Source: Yuukianura sp. NJ FZ-2021 (taxonomy: Eukaryota). Taken from it: DNA of 64,000 bases. The notes beneath the pieces are model-generated. The model ran no database searches, was not told the origin of the DNA, and saw only the letters and a list, made by a program, of their open reading frames with translations. The stretch covers positions 9,734,001 to 9,798,000 of the forward strand of contig CM102289.1 of assembly GCA_046563655.1 (NCBI GenBank), in the 5' to 3' direction. Position 1 is the first letter of the stretch. Each line of letters opens with the position of its first letter. Below, piece after piece: positions 51,701 through 63,858 of this stretch. Position numbers and translations under genes: made by a program.

Positions 51701-54700
51701 AGAACATATTTTCGCACAACTTAAAAAAGTCAAAGGTCAACGTCCTTGTCCATCCGTCCATTTCCGTCCATGTGGACGTCAGTTCCAGAATTGTTATCTC
51801 CTTGAGCAATTTAATCTTTTCCAATTCCGTGGTTCCTTTTAGTGTTAATTTCCGCTTCTGTTTTTTTAAACTCCGTTTTCTTGGAGTCCATTTTGTGTTT
51901 GTGCAGACTCATCAATCTTGTGCTTTGTGCCATCCCATTCCCATTGGGTGCAGAAAGGGGAGTCCAGAGACTCCTAAAACCATGTGACTTATGGGCAATT
52001 GTTAGGCTGGAAGTGTCCAAGAATTGGGACATTAGTGGGCCGTGGTCCACCATAACCAAGGTTTACAAACTTTCCCGCCACGGGTTCAAATGTTTCCTCC
52101 CGTAGTCAGCCTAATACCTACTCAATTACCCCTTCAACCCACCCTTAAAGTCGTTCGTTACCCCGACACAAACGGGTCAACTGACCCATTCAAACCCAAT
52201 TAACTGCCCTACAACCTATTATTAGTCGTGACTAGAACACAAATAGTCACTACTAAAAACAGAAACAGAAAACATTTCGCACAGATTGGATTTCGCAAAA
52301 TAGAATCAATTAGATGCAACGCCTCTGCCAAATTTGGCGAAATTAAATCTCACTCTGTCCCAAAAACTTTATTTTTGGGACACAGTGCGAATTAAATCTG
52401 CAAAATTTAAATTAATTCGCACTTTGTCCCAAAACTTTGTTTTTTGGGGCACAGTGCGACATAATTCCGCCAAATTCAAATCTCCCGCTGCCCAATTGTG
52501 GTGTGTTGTGTTGTTTGTGTGACTTTAGAAGCACAATGGGACATAAATACATTGATGTTGAATGACCATTAGAGTAATTCAGACCCTGTCAAGACTAAAA
52601 AGTTACAATATGGGACAATAAAAGCTAGGGAAAGTTAAATGGATGGAGAAAGTTGGGAAGTATGTGGAACCTCTTAACATTTCGGCTTGTGGACGTCCAT
52701 TACTCGGAAAAGGAAAACTAAAGTACTAAAGGTCATATCTCCCATTTGAACTTCCACAAGAGCCTCTTGTATTACTTTTGTTTCTTACGGAAGAAGATGA
52801 GAAAGTTGCCGCCCAAGTCATAAGTGTATTTTCCCCTCCTCTCACCGTCTCCATTTCCGCCAAAAATACTTTCACTCCACTTCTTTCCATTCTTCTTCAC
52901 TTTCACTCTGTCAAAGTTCTTTTTCCTTTGCTCAACCGAACAGGACAGGTCAAAGGGCGGTTCTAGGAGGCTCATGGACGGCAATTTCTAGACAGGACAC
53001 TGTTTTGGAGTAGTTCCACCCCAAATTGCCCCATTCTACGGAAGTTTTCAAAATTGAGACAGATAGCCCAAGGGTTAGAGTGCTTCCCAGATAAGAACAA
53101 TGTAGGTTCGAATCCCACCCGGTCTATTATTTTTTTAAGGAATGTCCAACAGCTTTACATTGATACTGATCACGACAGAGCGTCCAACAGTGTCCGGGTA
53201 CTTCGGACGTTCATTTGAAGCGGAGAGCCAAAGCCAAGAGTAACCCGAGAGCAGTGTGAGGGAGATGACATTCCAGAATCAAATTTTGGAAAAACTTGGC
53301 ACTAAAACTTTTGGCTTTGGCCTCTTTACTTTATTGCCACTAGACAGGAGGTGCACGAGTCTAAAACTATGCTATGGCTTAGACTTAGACTAGTGCAAAG
53401 TAGTTCTAGTGCTGCTGAAAAGCACGTGGCTCCATTTAAACAGCTCTCACGTGACTAGATTTATTTCCTGAAACTGGAAATAATCGGTTTGATCTGGCAG
53501 AGGTCAATGACCTCTCAAGATCCAGCAGATTCTGGAATGTCGGAAAGATTCCTCTTGATTTCTTTTAGTTTTTCTGATATCTGAAAACGGCGGTTTTTGT
53601 GGAGAAAGCAGCAGAGAAGAGTCACAATCTTCTGGCGCTTTCATTCAAAAAGAAAAAAGCGGGTAAGAGACAGACCTACTTTTGTTGAACAGCCGAAGGA
53701 TGATTGAACTCAATAAAAATCGGAGAAAGCGGGAAAAAACCGCTCTCTGTTCTGCCAGATACACTGCATGACCTGAATTTGAATTTTTCCGCCGTGTGTT
53801 GTTCTTTGCTGCTTCTGAAATTCAATCACACTTTTCCATTTCTGTCGCAATAGTAAAGGTTTATCGAGAGATAGATAGAAAGTTATCTCCTGAGAGAGCG
53901 AAAAAGTTATCTCCTGGGAGAGAGGAAAATAGTTATCTCCGGAGAGAGAGCGAGAGAGAGAGGCAGAGTAAGTTATCTCCTGAGAAGAGAGAAAGAGAGA
54001 AAAGAAGTTATCTCCTTGAGGATAAAAGTTATCTCCTGGAGATGAGATAAAACAAGGCATTTAGGAACAGAGTTTGGCAGGTTGTTAAAAAATGCAGTTA
54101 TGCCTGTGTATAATTGTTGCTTGGGAGAATTTGAATTTGTAGTAGACTATTCCATGGCTCTGCTCGCCTGGAGTTATAGGCGCTTGGAGTTTAATTAGCT
54201 GGCTCATTAGTTTTTGAGCCATGAGTTGCAGCTAGGACTAAAAGACTATAAGAGAGACTATGAGAAGAGTCTATAGAATAGTTGTAGTGTTGGGAGCTTA
54301 ATGTCCAATCCCTTGGTGCTTTCTCTTTGTTTGAATATTAGGAAGATACAAAGGGAGAGTCCCCTTAACTTTAGAATTTAATTTGAGATGGTGCCTGGAA
54401 CTTATGGTTCCTTGGCCTTATTTCTATTGTTCCCTCCTGCCAAGGGAGCCTTAGTCTCCACTTAAATCCAGTTAAGCACTCCACATATTTACAACAGCAT
54501 CGCTCAGTTATTAGCCCTTTACAAACTGTTTCTCTTTCCAACTTCACTTTCTTCTACAAAGTTTACTTTAGGCACTCTTTTTAAAAATTTCAACAAAAAT
54601 TGCTTTTCTGAAACAAAAAACGCCCAAAACATCATTCTAGAAACCTAAAACATAGTTTAGGAAACGTTAAAAGTGAAAATAGGCTAGTTTTAACCGGTTA

Positions 54701-57700
54701 ACTGACATTTTAACCGGTTTATCTGCATCTAAAAACATTTTAACATTTCAAAATGAACATTTTTTGTTAAATTTGACATAGTTGGAGCAGTTTTGAATTT
54801 TTTCAAAAAGCTAAAAAGAGGAATGAGCTGTTGAGAGAAAAAGCGGGAAAGTAATAAGCGGGAATTTTGAATTTCCCAGATGGTGAAAGCAGATACTAAA
54901 AAGAGAGCGTGGATGCTGGTGAAAGTTTGTGCGGGAGCTGCGCCACTTAAGCACTAAACTTTGATACGCTAATGAAATTTGCATTAATTTCCAAATTTTT
55001 AGCCTTCTTTGGGCCTTTCACGGTGGATTTTAGACTTGGCTTTGTGTATTTTGAATTTGGCCATTTGAGATCATGTTGGAGATAGGGACAGAACGGGAAT
55101 GGTCCAATTGTACCCCATTTTGTAAACAACTTTGTTTAGAAAAACTAAAAAAAAGTTCAATTGCATGTTTTTTTGAAGTTTTTGTAATAAAAACAGATTC
55201 AGCTTTTTTATAACACGGGATAGGAATTCTAAAAAAATAGGAGCATTTGGTTCTAAACCAACAACCAAATTCTGATTCAATTTCAATAAAAGTTCGTGCA
55301 TTTCATTTTATGAATTCTCGTTTTCTTCTGAAAATTGTTCAAGTAAAAGAAAAGAAAGTTTTTGAAACAAAAGATAAGTACGGAAAAATTCGATTTTAAA
55401 AAGTTAGTGAAGCGAAAGTTTTTTCTTTAAAAAGAAAAGATTTGCTCCTGAAACCTTAGAGAAAAAAACCTTTCAAATTCCACAAAAGATTTTTCGATTT
55501 CTTTTTAGCATTTTCTTTGACCGAATTTTTTTGTAAGATGTGAAAACAATAGAGTGCTTGAAAATTCTAAAAATTTGGTATTCTGATCACACAATTAGGA
55601 ATTTTGTGAGCCTAAAAAGTAGTTTGTTGGCTGTAGTAATATTGAGAGGGTTTGTGTGTGGTGTGGGTGTGCGTGATCAGGAAACAATTGAAGTCTTAAG
55701 GTTAGGTTAGCCTAACTTTAGCCTAAAGTTAGCCTAACCTTAAAGTGAAAGTCTATTTGAATAGGTTGGGAGAAAGTCCTTGATTCCATTAGTAAGGTGA
55801 GCCACCTCTCCTTTTTCAAATGTAAATCAAAGGTTCCTTCAGAATCAGTAAGGACAGTCTGCTCTGGGCTACCGGGAGACATTCTGCCAAAACCCGGGTA
55901 TTATGCTACCCGGGTAGACTTGGTTTTCTTGGATTCTATTCATAATGCTATCACCACGAACACTCTGCTTTAAGTCCCCTCCACCTTGCTCCTCCAAGGG
56001 ATCAACCATTCATTTCCAGTCACTCTCAGGCTATAACGTTCAACCATGAACAATTTACTCTCCTGGGCCACTTTTCAAATTTTTTTTTCAAAATTTTGAA
56101 ATTCAGCAGAAGGCTTAGAGTAAGCTCCAAGGCTCAATTACACGTGCTTACACTAAGCATTAGAAAATTTCTGAAAACCATAATTCAGTCTGAATAGAAT
56201 TTAGAAAAAAACAGAGAATTTCAATCCCCAGCGGGATACAAAAAACTGGTCTCATTAGTCTTTTTTAGAAAAGATTTTGACATTCTTTATGTTTTTTTTT
56301 CAATTTTTGGTTAACTGCTCTTTTTCATGGTTTTGTCGAAAGTTAATTTAGCGTTGACAACTTTTGAATGGTTTTTGATTGGTAGAAATTAGGATTTTAG
56401 TGCGATCTAACATCTGAAGTTAATTGAACGTTTTCATGCTTTCTCCAGTTTGATTTTTTCTCTTGGTGAAAGTCCGTGGCTCCCTCTTAGTCTCTTTTTA
56501 CTTTCTTATAGTCTTTTCCCTCTTCTCTTATAGTCTTTTTTGGTTGTTATAGTCTTTTTTATCGTTTGGTTCCAGTGTATGTGTGGTATTCCTTTAGATT
56601 AACCCATTTTTACGAGACTACTTCGAATTCTAGGTCGGTTTCACTCAAGAAAATGAAGGAAGAGATGTAGTCCTTTATTCCCGTGTAATAACATTTTCAT
56701 GTGTCGTAAACCGGGAAATGGTCATTGCCCCACATACCCTACCCGCCACTTTTTTTAAAATTTCTTCTTTCATGAAAATTTTAGATGAAATTCACTTCCT
56801 TGCTTGCTTTGCAGCTCACAAAGTCAAACGGAATTTCAAAATTTCACATTTCAAAGTCTCACCGTCAAGGAAAAACAAGTTGAATTTCAGTTTATTGGCT
56901 TTGTTTTTGTTGGATCAAAAACCACTTGGTTCTTTAATAACATGGAGAGCTAGTTTTTGAAAATCTTTTTTGAAACTTTGAAATTCTTTTGGAAATTTTG
57001 GATTTCTTAATCTTTTGAAATTGTCACCTGTAATTTGTAATTTTAATTGAAGTTTCCGAAGGTGTTAAGGCGGGAAGAGTGAAATGGTTGGAGCAGCTCA
57101 TTAAAAAGGATAAAGAAAGGACAGGATCAATTTTATTTCAACTTTGGAAATTTCCAAGTCTCAAAAGTTATAAAAGCAGAGAAGAGAAAGTGTTCTGCCG
57201 AGTCATAAAGTAAAAGTTGGCTGCGTTCAAAAGAAAACTGCCTTTTCCTTTCCAACTGCTCAAAAACTCACAAAACTGTTCCAGAAAAAAGTCCAAGTTA
57301 AGAACGACTCAGTAGTCAAAAAGATCGTGTCGAGAATCCTGACAGGCTTTTCACTTTTTTCTAAAAGTTTAAAAAAAGAGAAAAAGAGAGGGGGATGAGC
57401 CTCTCTTTTCTCTTTTGAGTTGGAAAGTAATAGAAGGAAGCATATGGAAAAAGTTATGAGAAGAGAAAGGTATGATGAGATCATTCGATTACTTTATTTC
57501 ATTCTTGTCAAAACTTTTACTCAAGAAAAGAAGAGAAAAGCAGAGGTCAGCAATTGAATTCATCCATGTGTAAATGGATTCTAACTTTTCAACTTTTCAA
57601 AAGTAGTTTTTGAAATGGAAAAGTGCTAATTAAACTTTCTCTTGTGTAATTTCAGTGTCATTTTTTGGATCGAGTCACGTGAGTGTAAGACTACAGGAAG

Positions 57701-60700
57701 CGCGTAGTTCGAGTGATGTTTACTTCCGCCTCAGAACACGAAGATCAGATTCCATGCTGTTCCTGGCAGCAGGTCGAACTGACTACTGCCTTCTCGTACT
57801 AGATGCAGGCAGACTCAAGGTAACGATAACCTAATGTTAGGCTAACCTTAACCTAATGTCAGGCTGAACTTAGGATAGCATAACTTTTTCAAGCGAGAGA
57901 AAACAGGTTTTAGGCAAGAGAAAGCCCGGAATTTAGATTTGACTTTCTTGCACGAAAGTGCATGTGCTTAGTTTTTATGTCAAGATTCTTCCATTCATGT
58001 AATTTCTTTCAAACTACAAAAGTAACTCTAAACAATTTGAGTTCCTTCAGTGCCAAATTTTCCAGCTCGTTGAAAAAATTTTTTATCTGAATTCGACAAG
58101 TAATGCCAAAAAAATCCACAAGAAAACCAAGATAATCTCATTTGAAATTTAAACTTTCTCCAAATTAAGTTTGTTTTTTTGAATTGGCGGTTTGCCTTTT
58201 TGTAAAAAGTCAGAAAATGATGATTTGAAAAAGTATCGAATACCGCCACATTTGAGAGAATTTGAATTTGCGTTAATGACAGGTGGAATGGGGCCATTTC
58301 CATGTTGCCATTTCCATGTTGCCATTTCCAGGTTGCCATTTGGGTAAAAGTTGTGAATTTATTCTTGTCACAACAAAATGTGAATTCCAGGGGAGAAAGT
58401 GTTTGGTGAAAATTACCCAATCAACGTCCGCTTACAATCTCCATTCAAAATCTCTTCTAAAAAGAGCACCCTTTTAACGCCAACACTTTCCATTTCAAAC
58501 TTTTAGCGCATTACTGTTTCCGCGGTGACTCCAAACTATGGGTCATATCTGTTCACGCCACGGTTTGAATTCCATTTCCAAATACGCACTGCTCAACGTC
58601 TACTTTTCTGCTTGGTTTCGTATTTTGGGAAAGTAGAACTTTTGATATCATTTCCCATGTAACCAATCTTTTTCTTTTTTTATTTCTTGTGGAAATAGGT
58701 GCACATAAATTTGGGAGCTGGTGAAACCGAAATTGGTTCGGAAGCTCCTTTCCTCCTAAACGACATGAAATGGCACACGGTGAACCTCACTCGCCGTGGC
58801 TCTCAGCTCTCCATTCAAGTCGACCAGCATCTCACCAAGTAAGTAAATAAGCAAAGGCACACAACTCTACCTTAACATTAACATTTTCACGCTACCAACC
58901 TCACTTTCTCTCACTTTCACTCTGTTTTTTTAGATATAAAAAAAACATTCTTCTTCATTACTCTTTTGTATTAATTTAGAGTCAAAACATTCACAAAAAC
59001 CTCAGAAACCAAACCCATCCTTAATCAAATTCAACTCAGAAAATTAAAAAACTCCACATTTTGACAATTTAGGATTAAAATTTTAGAAAAAAAGAAAGAA
59101 GAAGAAATTTTTGGAGGAAAAACAGTTTTTGAAAGAAAAGCAAATTTTTGGAGAAGAATAGTTTGTTTTAGAGCAGAAAAAAGAAGTTCACATCGTTTTT
59201 AACACCATTTCTGGAAAATTTTACACCTAAAACGTTATTACTGTAAACTTTTGATGTTAGGTTGTTAATATTTTTTTGAAATCAAGTCTGTTTTGTCCTC
59301 GTGACCTCTGCTTTTTAATACTTTTTTTGAGGTCACATGGATTTAAGATTCATGTGATGACAGGAAGAGAAGCCGCAATTTTTGAAAGATAAGAGAGGCT
59401 GTGTCACTTTCTCACTTTTAATTACAGTATGATTGGAATACAAAATGAGAAGAACCTTGTCTATTTTATTCATATTTCCCAGTTAGAAATGAATTTTTAA
59501 TTTGGCATAAAAATCTTGGCGCCTTTTTCAAATTATACACAGATGAAAGTCTAACGCGGAAACACAAAACAAAAGAAAGTCAAAGAAGATTGGAATTGCG
59601 AAACAAGAGGTTTCTTTCAAGACTTTCTCTTTTTTCTTGAACACTTTTCATATTTTGTGCGTTTCCATTTTGGTGAACTTTCATTTCCTTTTCAATTTGA
59701 GTGGCTGAAGGAGCAAAAAGTGCAGAGATTGAGATCTTGTATCACAAATGGCTTTTGGCGCTTAGTTTTTGAAAGTCTGGAGTTGCGGATGTGCATTCAT
59801 AAGCACACGCACGGATGGACAAGAAGCGGCAGCTTTGGCTGCCCATGATCTAATTTATTTCCTCACTACATGAATTCATCTTACTTCAATTTATTCTCCA
59901 GCATCCTTTGACTGGAAGTATCTCCGCAGCATCCTTTGACTGGAAGCATTTCCAGCATCCTCTGGAAGTATTTCCAGCATCCTTCGACTGGAAGTATCTC
60001 CAGTATGCTTTGTGGGGTGATAAATCAAATTTGGTGTATCTGCCAACCGAGACATGGCAGAGACAAAGAGTTCCACTTGTCACTTTCTGTCACTATTTCA
60101 AAATATTCTATCATTAATAGTGAAAATGATACTTTCACTTTGACATCAAAACAACACGGAATAGACAGACAAAAAAAATTCTATCAAAATCGCCTCAATA
60201 GCGTCCAAAATTGTCATCAATTTTTTGTCATTGCACAATTTCCACTTTATTATTGTTTTTTGACAAAAATTGTATTTATAGGAGTGAAATCCGAATGATT
60301 TTTAGGGAAGTTTTTTTTTGCGATTTTTACGTTTGTTATAATTCTCCATGAAATGTAGAGGTGAAGAGGTGAAATTTGTCAAAATAGGAACGAAATTTTG
60401 TCAAAATTTGAAAAATATGTTTTGAGAATAACAATTTTGGAAATGTTTTGCAGAGCAAATCTGCCTACTCGGTTCCACGAGCTGAACATCCACTTTGGAG
60501 TTTGGTTGGGCGGCTTAGCGGGATTCAACGAGATTTTCCTGGGGAATCTGCCGTCGTTCCGTGGCTGTCTCTCTCATATCAACTACAATGGAGAAGATGT
60601 CATTCTGAGGGCAAAAACACAACCAGGAGAGGTACACTTTTCTAAAAAAAATTTTTTTTTTAAATCCACTTCCCTACTTTCAAAAAACTAAAATGGAAAT

Positions 60701-63700
60701 GGAAAATTCAAATCAATTTTTCATTATTCATCAGACGAGGTTCCACTTTCCGTAGAAAGGATTCCGGAGAAACTACTTTCACTTTCAAAAAAAAATAATT
60801 TGAATTCCCGCTTTCCAACTTTGAATTTTTTTTTAAATGAAGGGAATTTGAGCAGGTGAAGACTATGTAGTTGTAATATCAACTTTAGAAAGGGAAATGC
60901 AGCTTGAAAAAGTTTGTGTTACGTGAGAATCAAGTTCATGGATAAGTTCAATCTCTTGGCAAAACTTTTCACAAACTTTTTAACAATGTTCGGAAACTTA
61001 AAATTCTGAAATTATTTTAAGGCCCAGAGCGTGCAAAACTAAAGACTTCCTTAATCTGGCTTTCCATCGTACAACGTTAGGTTAACAACCTAACTTTGGT
61101 TAGGTTATGTTAACAACGTGACTTGGGAAATTGGACATGACGCTTTTAATTTGTACAAGAACTTAAAAGTTAAACGTTCCTCTTGCACGTACTTTGTAAT
61201 ACCTCTGACACAAAAATTCAAAATTTCAAAAACCAAAATTTTAGAAACACATCAAATTATTGTAAAGTCTTTTTTAGCGAGGAAGTCTGGAAAATATTCT
61301 ACTTTAATTTCGCCTTTACTTTAATTAAATTCCGCTTAAGTTTTAAGATTAGCTGATGTTTAAAATTTGCAAAAATTGATAGAAAAGATATATTTTAGAT
61401 CAGTGGCGTTGTAAATTTGAAACACACGATTGTAAAATTTTAGCATTAAAGTTTTCACTTGAAGAAGATTTTCCACAAATAGTTTAAGCCCACCTTGAGT
61501 TAAAAATGTGGTAAAAATTTGATGTAAAATTGACTTTTTAGATCAGTGGCGTTGCGTGGAACTGTTCTGAGGAATTTGAAGCGCCCTCTTCATCTGCAAT
61601 TAGAATTGAGTCGTCCAGTAGCTACGTCATTTCCAGAATTGCAATTCCGAGACAAGGGACGCTCATTAAAGTGCACGTTCGAACCGTCCATGACACTGAT
61701 GGATTGCTTCTCTTCGTCTCCGGCATGTCATCAAGACCTGACTACCTCGCACTCCAAATAAGAGACAAAAAAGTACAACCATTTATTGACTATTCAAAAA
61801 AAAATATTTCAAAAATTTGCAACTTTCATTATCACAACAAACAGCAAAGCGTTCCTAAAAACTTAACGTTGAAAAAAAGCAATTTTTTTTCTGTATTTCA
61901 ATTTTTCAGAATTTTTAGCCTATTTAGGTAAATGCCTACGCCAGATTTTAAAAAATTGCAACTTTGATGAAATTTCAGAGTGAAAAATTGCGACTTTTAT
62001 GAAACTTTAGGTTATTAAATTTTGAGTTTTTGAAAAAATGAAAGTTTGTGTGGATAGGTACAATTTATAGCAGAAACTGGAGGTGGTCCAGTGGAGCTGC
62101 GTTCAAACACGCCAGTAAATGATGGTTTGTGGCACGCAATTACGATTCAAGTAAGTCACAAAAAATTTACTAACTTTTTATTTTGCTTTTTTTTTATGGG
62201 AAACGATAGCTCTTGGAAGAAAATTTTCAATTTTAAAATGCAATTTCACTTTAACACTTAGTTTTTGTTAGAAAAGGATGAAAGTAGAGAGTAATTGGCA
62301 ATTAAGTGTGTGATGGGAATACCAATTTGGAGTTTACCTAGAAAAAGTTAGACTCTCTTGATTACAGTTTTTGAAAAAGTGTTTTGTAAAATGGTGGAGT
62401 TGGTCCGTTTTCTTTGAAAAATTATTGTTGACAGGCACAGGATTCCGTGATTACTCAAATTATTATTAGTTTTCCCTCTGCTTTGTGCCAACTCCTTATT
62501 TTTCATCTGAGCTTTCCGGGAAATGTTCAAGGAAGTAATTTATACTCATAAACTGCCAGCATTTCACAAATGCTGCCAGTATATACTGGATACTTGTGAT
62601 AAAAATGAGAGTAGTTACAGGCGGTGGCTGAGTTTGTTCCTTAATCAACTATGATTCATGTGGCCAGAACAAAAGGAATGTTTGTGTGTCCTCATCAAGT
62701 TGATGATTGGACTTTAGTTGATGAAAGTCTTGCCCCGCCCCCTCCCTTGGTGGCTGTGGTGGGGCGGTGGCTGTGGTGGGGCAGTTGACGGTGGCAGATT
62801 GAGAAATGTGGAGAAAGGCGGGTGGGGATTAGGGAGCTTAGAAAACGCGGGTATTTTGGACCTTGGAATTCCTTAATCTGACAGGCTAGTTGGACAGGGC
62901 CAAAAGACAATGGAATTGATTATCTTCTTTCTCATCCAGCGACTTTATTGTGTGTAGGTCTCTGCTTCTGTGTTGTCTCTTGTGGTGGACAATGCGACAT
63001 GGACAGAGGCCCAGCCGACACGCGGCAGCAGTCGCCATCTCGATGTCTCCGAAATTGTGTACTTGGGCGGTGTGGAGGACTCCAGAAGAAATAAACTGAG
63101 GGCTCTCGGCCTAATCGATCACAGTTTCATCGTAAGCTCTCAATCACTCTCCAACTTTTTCAAATTTAGGTTTTAGAACAAAGAACGACAAAAACGGAAG
63201 GTTTTGGCAGGAGACAGTAAATTTCAACTAATTTGTAGATTTTGATCAAAACACAAAACAGAAACTTTGATTTTGACTGTGACAAGGTTCTTTTTTGATT
63301 AAAACTAATCACAGCAATCTGATTCCAGATTAATTGACTAATTCCAATTTCAGAATTTCAGTATTTTCATTTCAGAATTTTCAATTTTAGAAAAAAAAAT
63401 TCAGTAATTTTGATTTCTGAAGTTACGAAGAGGAACAATGCAAGATTTTTGTTTTTTTCCTAAAAGTTGTGATGTCAGAATGTCATTGTCTAAATTTCTC
63501 ATAAAATCCCGCTCTTTTGTTAGTTTGACTTTCACTCTCTTTCAATAACTTTTTTCTTCTCTTTTCTGTTAACAATAAAAGCAATTTGTTTCTTTTGAGA
63601 GGTCAAGAGTGAAAGGCGTTTGTATTTTTGTGCTGACTTTGTTTGTAATTTTCCAGGGTTGTCTCCAGAATTTTTCAGTGGACGGTCGTCTGTACGGTCT

Positions 63701-63858
63701 TCCAGAAGTGGACGTGAGTCGCAACATAAGCCTCGGCTGTCCCTGTCTCAATTCAAACCCAATTTCAGCCAGTAGTGGAACTGAATGTCCACAAACTTCC
63801 AGAACAAAGTCCACCACAAATGTTCCACTGAAATCCAATTCGACAGTCTACGCCCAAG
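33743..63858 (+). CDS. CSPG4: chondroitin sulfate proteoglycan 4 / NG2 (kon-tiki/perdido-like), 5' part; exons 33743-33833, 57656-57819, 58699-58838, 60454-60631, 61542-61772, 62058-62150, 62958-63131, 63657-63858; continues beyond the window
   Basis: A signal-peptide exon (METMAQALFTLSVLSLFASSLTTVGG) ends in phase 1 and joins VSFFGSSHV...FRLRTRRSDSMLFLAAGRTDYCLLVLDAGRLK|VHINLG, resembling CSPG4 ASFFG...LLLLAAG. Two laminin-G domains (LNDMKWH, FRGCL, CSEEF, NDGLWH, VYLGG, GCLQ). All exon phases are compatible; linkage of exon 1 is inferred. Confidence 0.88.
34287..34332. repeat. (GGA)n microsatellite
   Basis: About 12 pure GGA/GAG units plus a degenerate tail. Confidence 0.95.
47203..47272. 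repeat. short hairpin with a perfect 20-bp stem and 22-nt loop
   Basis: GAAGATGCTGGCAGTATATA (47207-47226) and its exact reverse complement (47249-47268). Confidence 0.85.
49215..49467. repeat. degenerate ~30-40-bp minisatellite (TTTTTGGAGAAAGTTAGAGTAA)
   Basis: About 7 copies, with the last three best conserved. Confidence 0.8.
52331..52476. repeat. double-hairpin (nested inverted) repeat
   Basis: Two CACTYTGTCCCAAAA...TTTTGGGRCACAGTG palindromic units flanked by the inverted pair AATTTGGCG / CGCCAAATT. Confidence 0.8.
53057..53126 (+). other. tRNA-like Pol III element (pseudo-tRNA or SINE head) in CSPG4 intron 1
   Basis: AGACAGA-TAGCCCAAGGGTTAGAG (A-box-like), GTAGGTTCGAATCCCAC (T-arm/B-box), CCGGTCT partly pairing with the 5' end, then a T-run. 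Anticodon arm is not canonical. Confidence 0.5.
53880..54050. repeat. array of six AGTTATCTCC units separated by GA-rich spacers
   Basis: Six exact AGTTATCTCC copies read directly. Confidence 0.85.
59897..60008. repeat. ~26-bp tandem repeat (CCAGCATCCTTTGACTGGAAGTATCT) x4
   Basis: Four units with small indels in CSPG4 intron 3. Confidence 0.85.

Noticed and set aside
51630..52105. Cluster of overlapping short ORFs in CSPG4 intron 1
   Set aside because: No recognisable motif and no coherent splice sites.
53880..54050. CRISPR-like repeat-spacer pattern
   Set aside because: Repeat is only ~10-12 bp, spacers are low-complexity and uneven, the context is a eukaryotic intron and there are no cas genes.
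59897..60008. CRISPR-like ~26-bp repeats
   Set aside because: Units are contiguous with no unique spacers; this is an ordinary minisatellite.
61773..62070. Intron start (GTACAACCATTTAT) resembling the next exon start (GTACAATTTAT), suggesting intron gain by duplication
   Set aside because: Match is too short to distinguish from chance.
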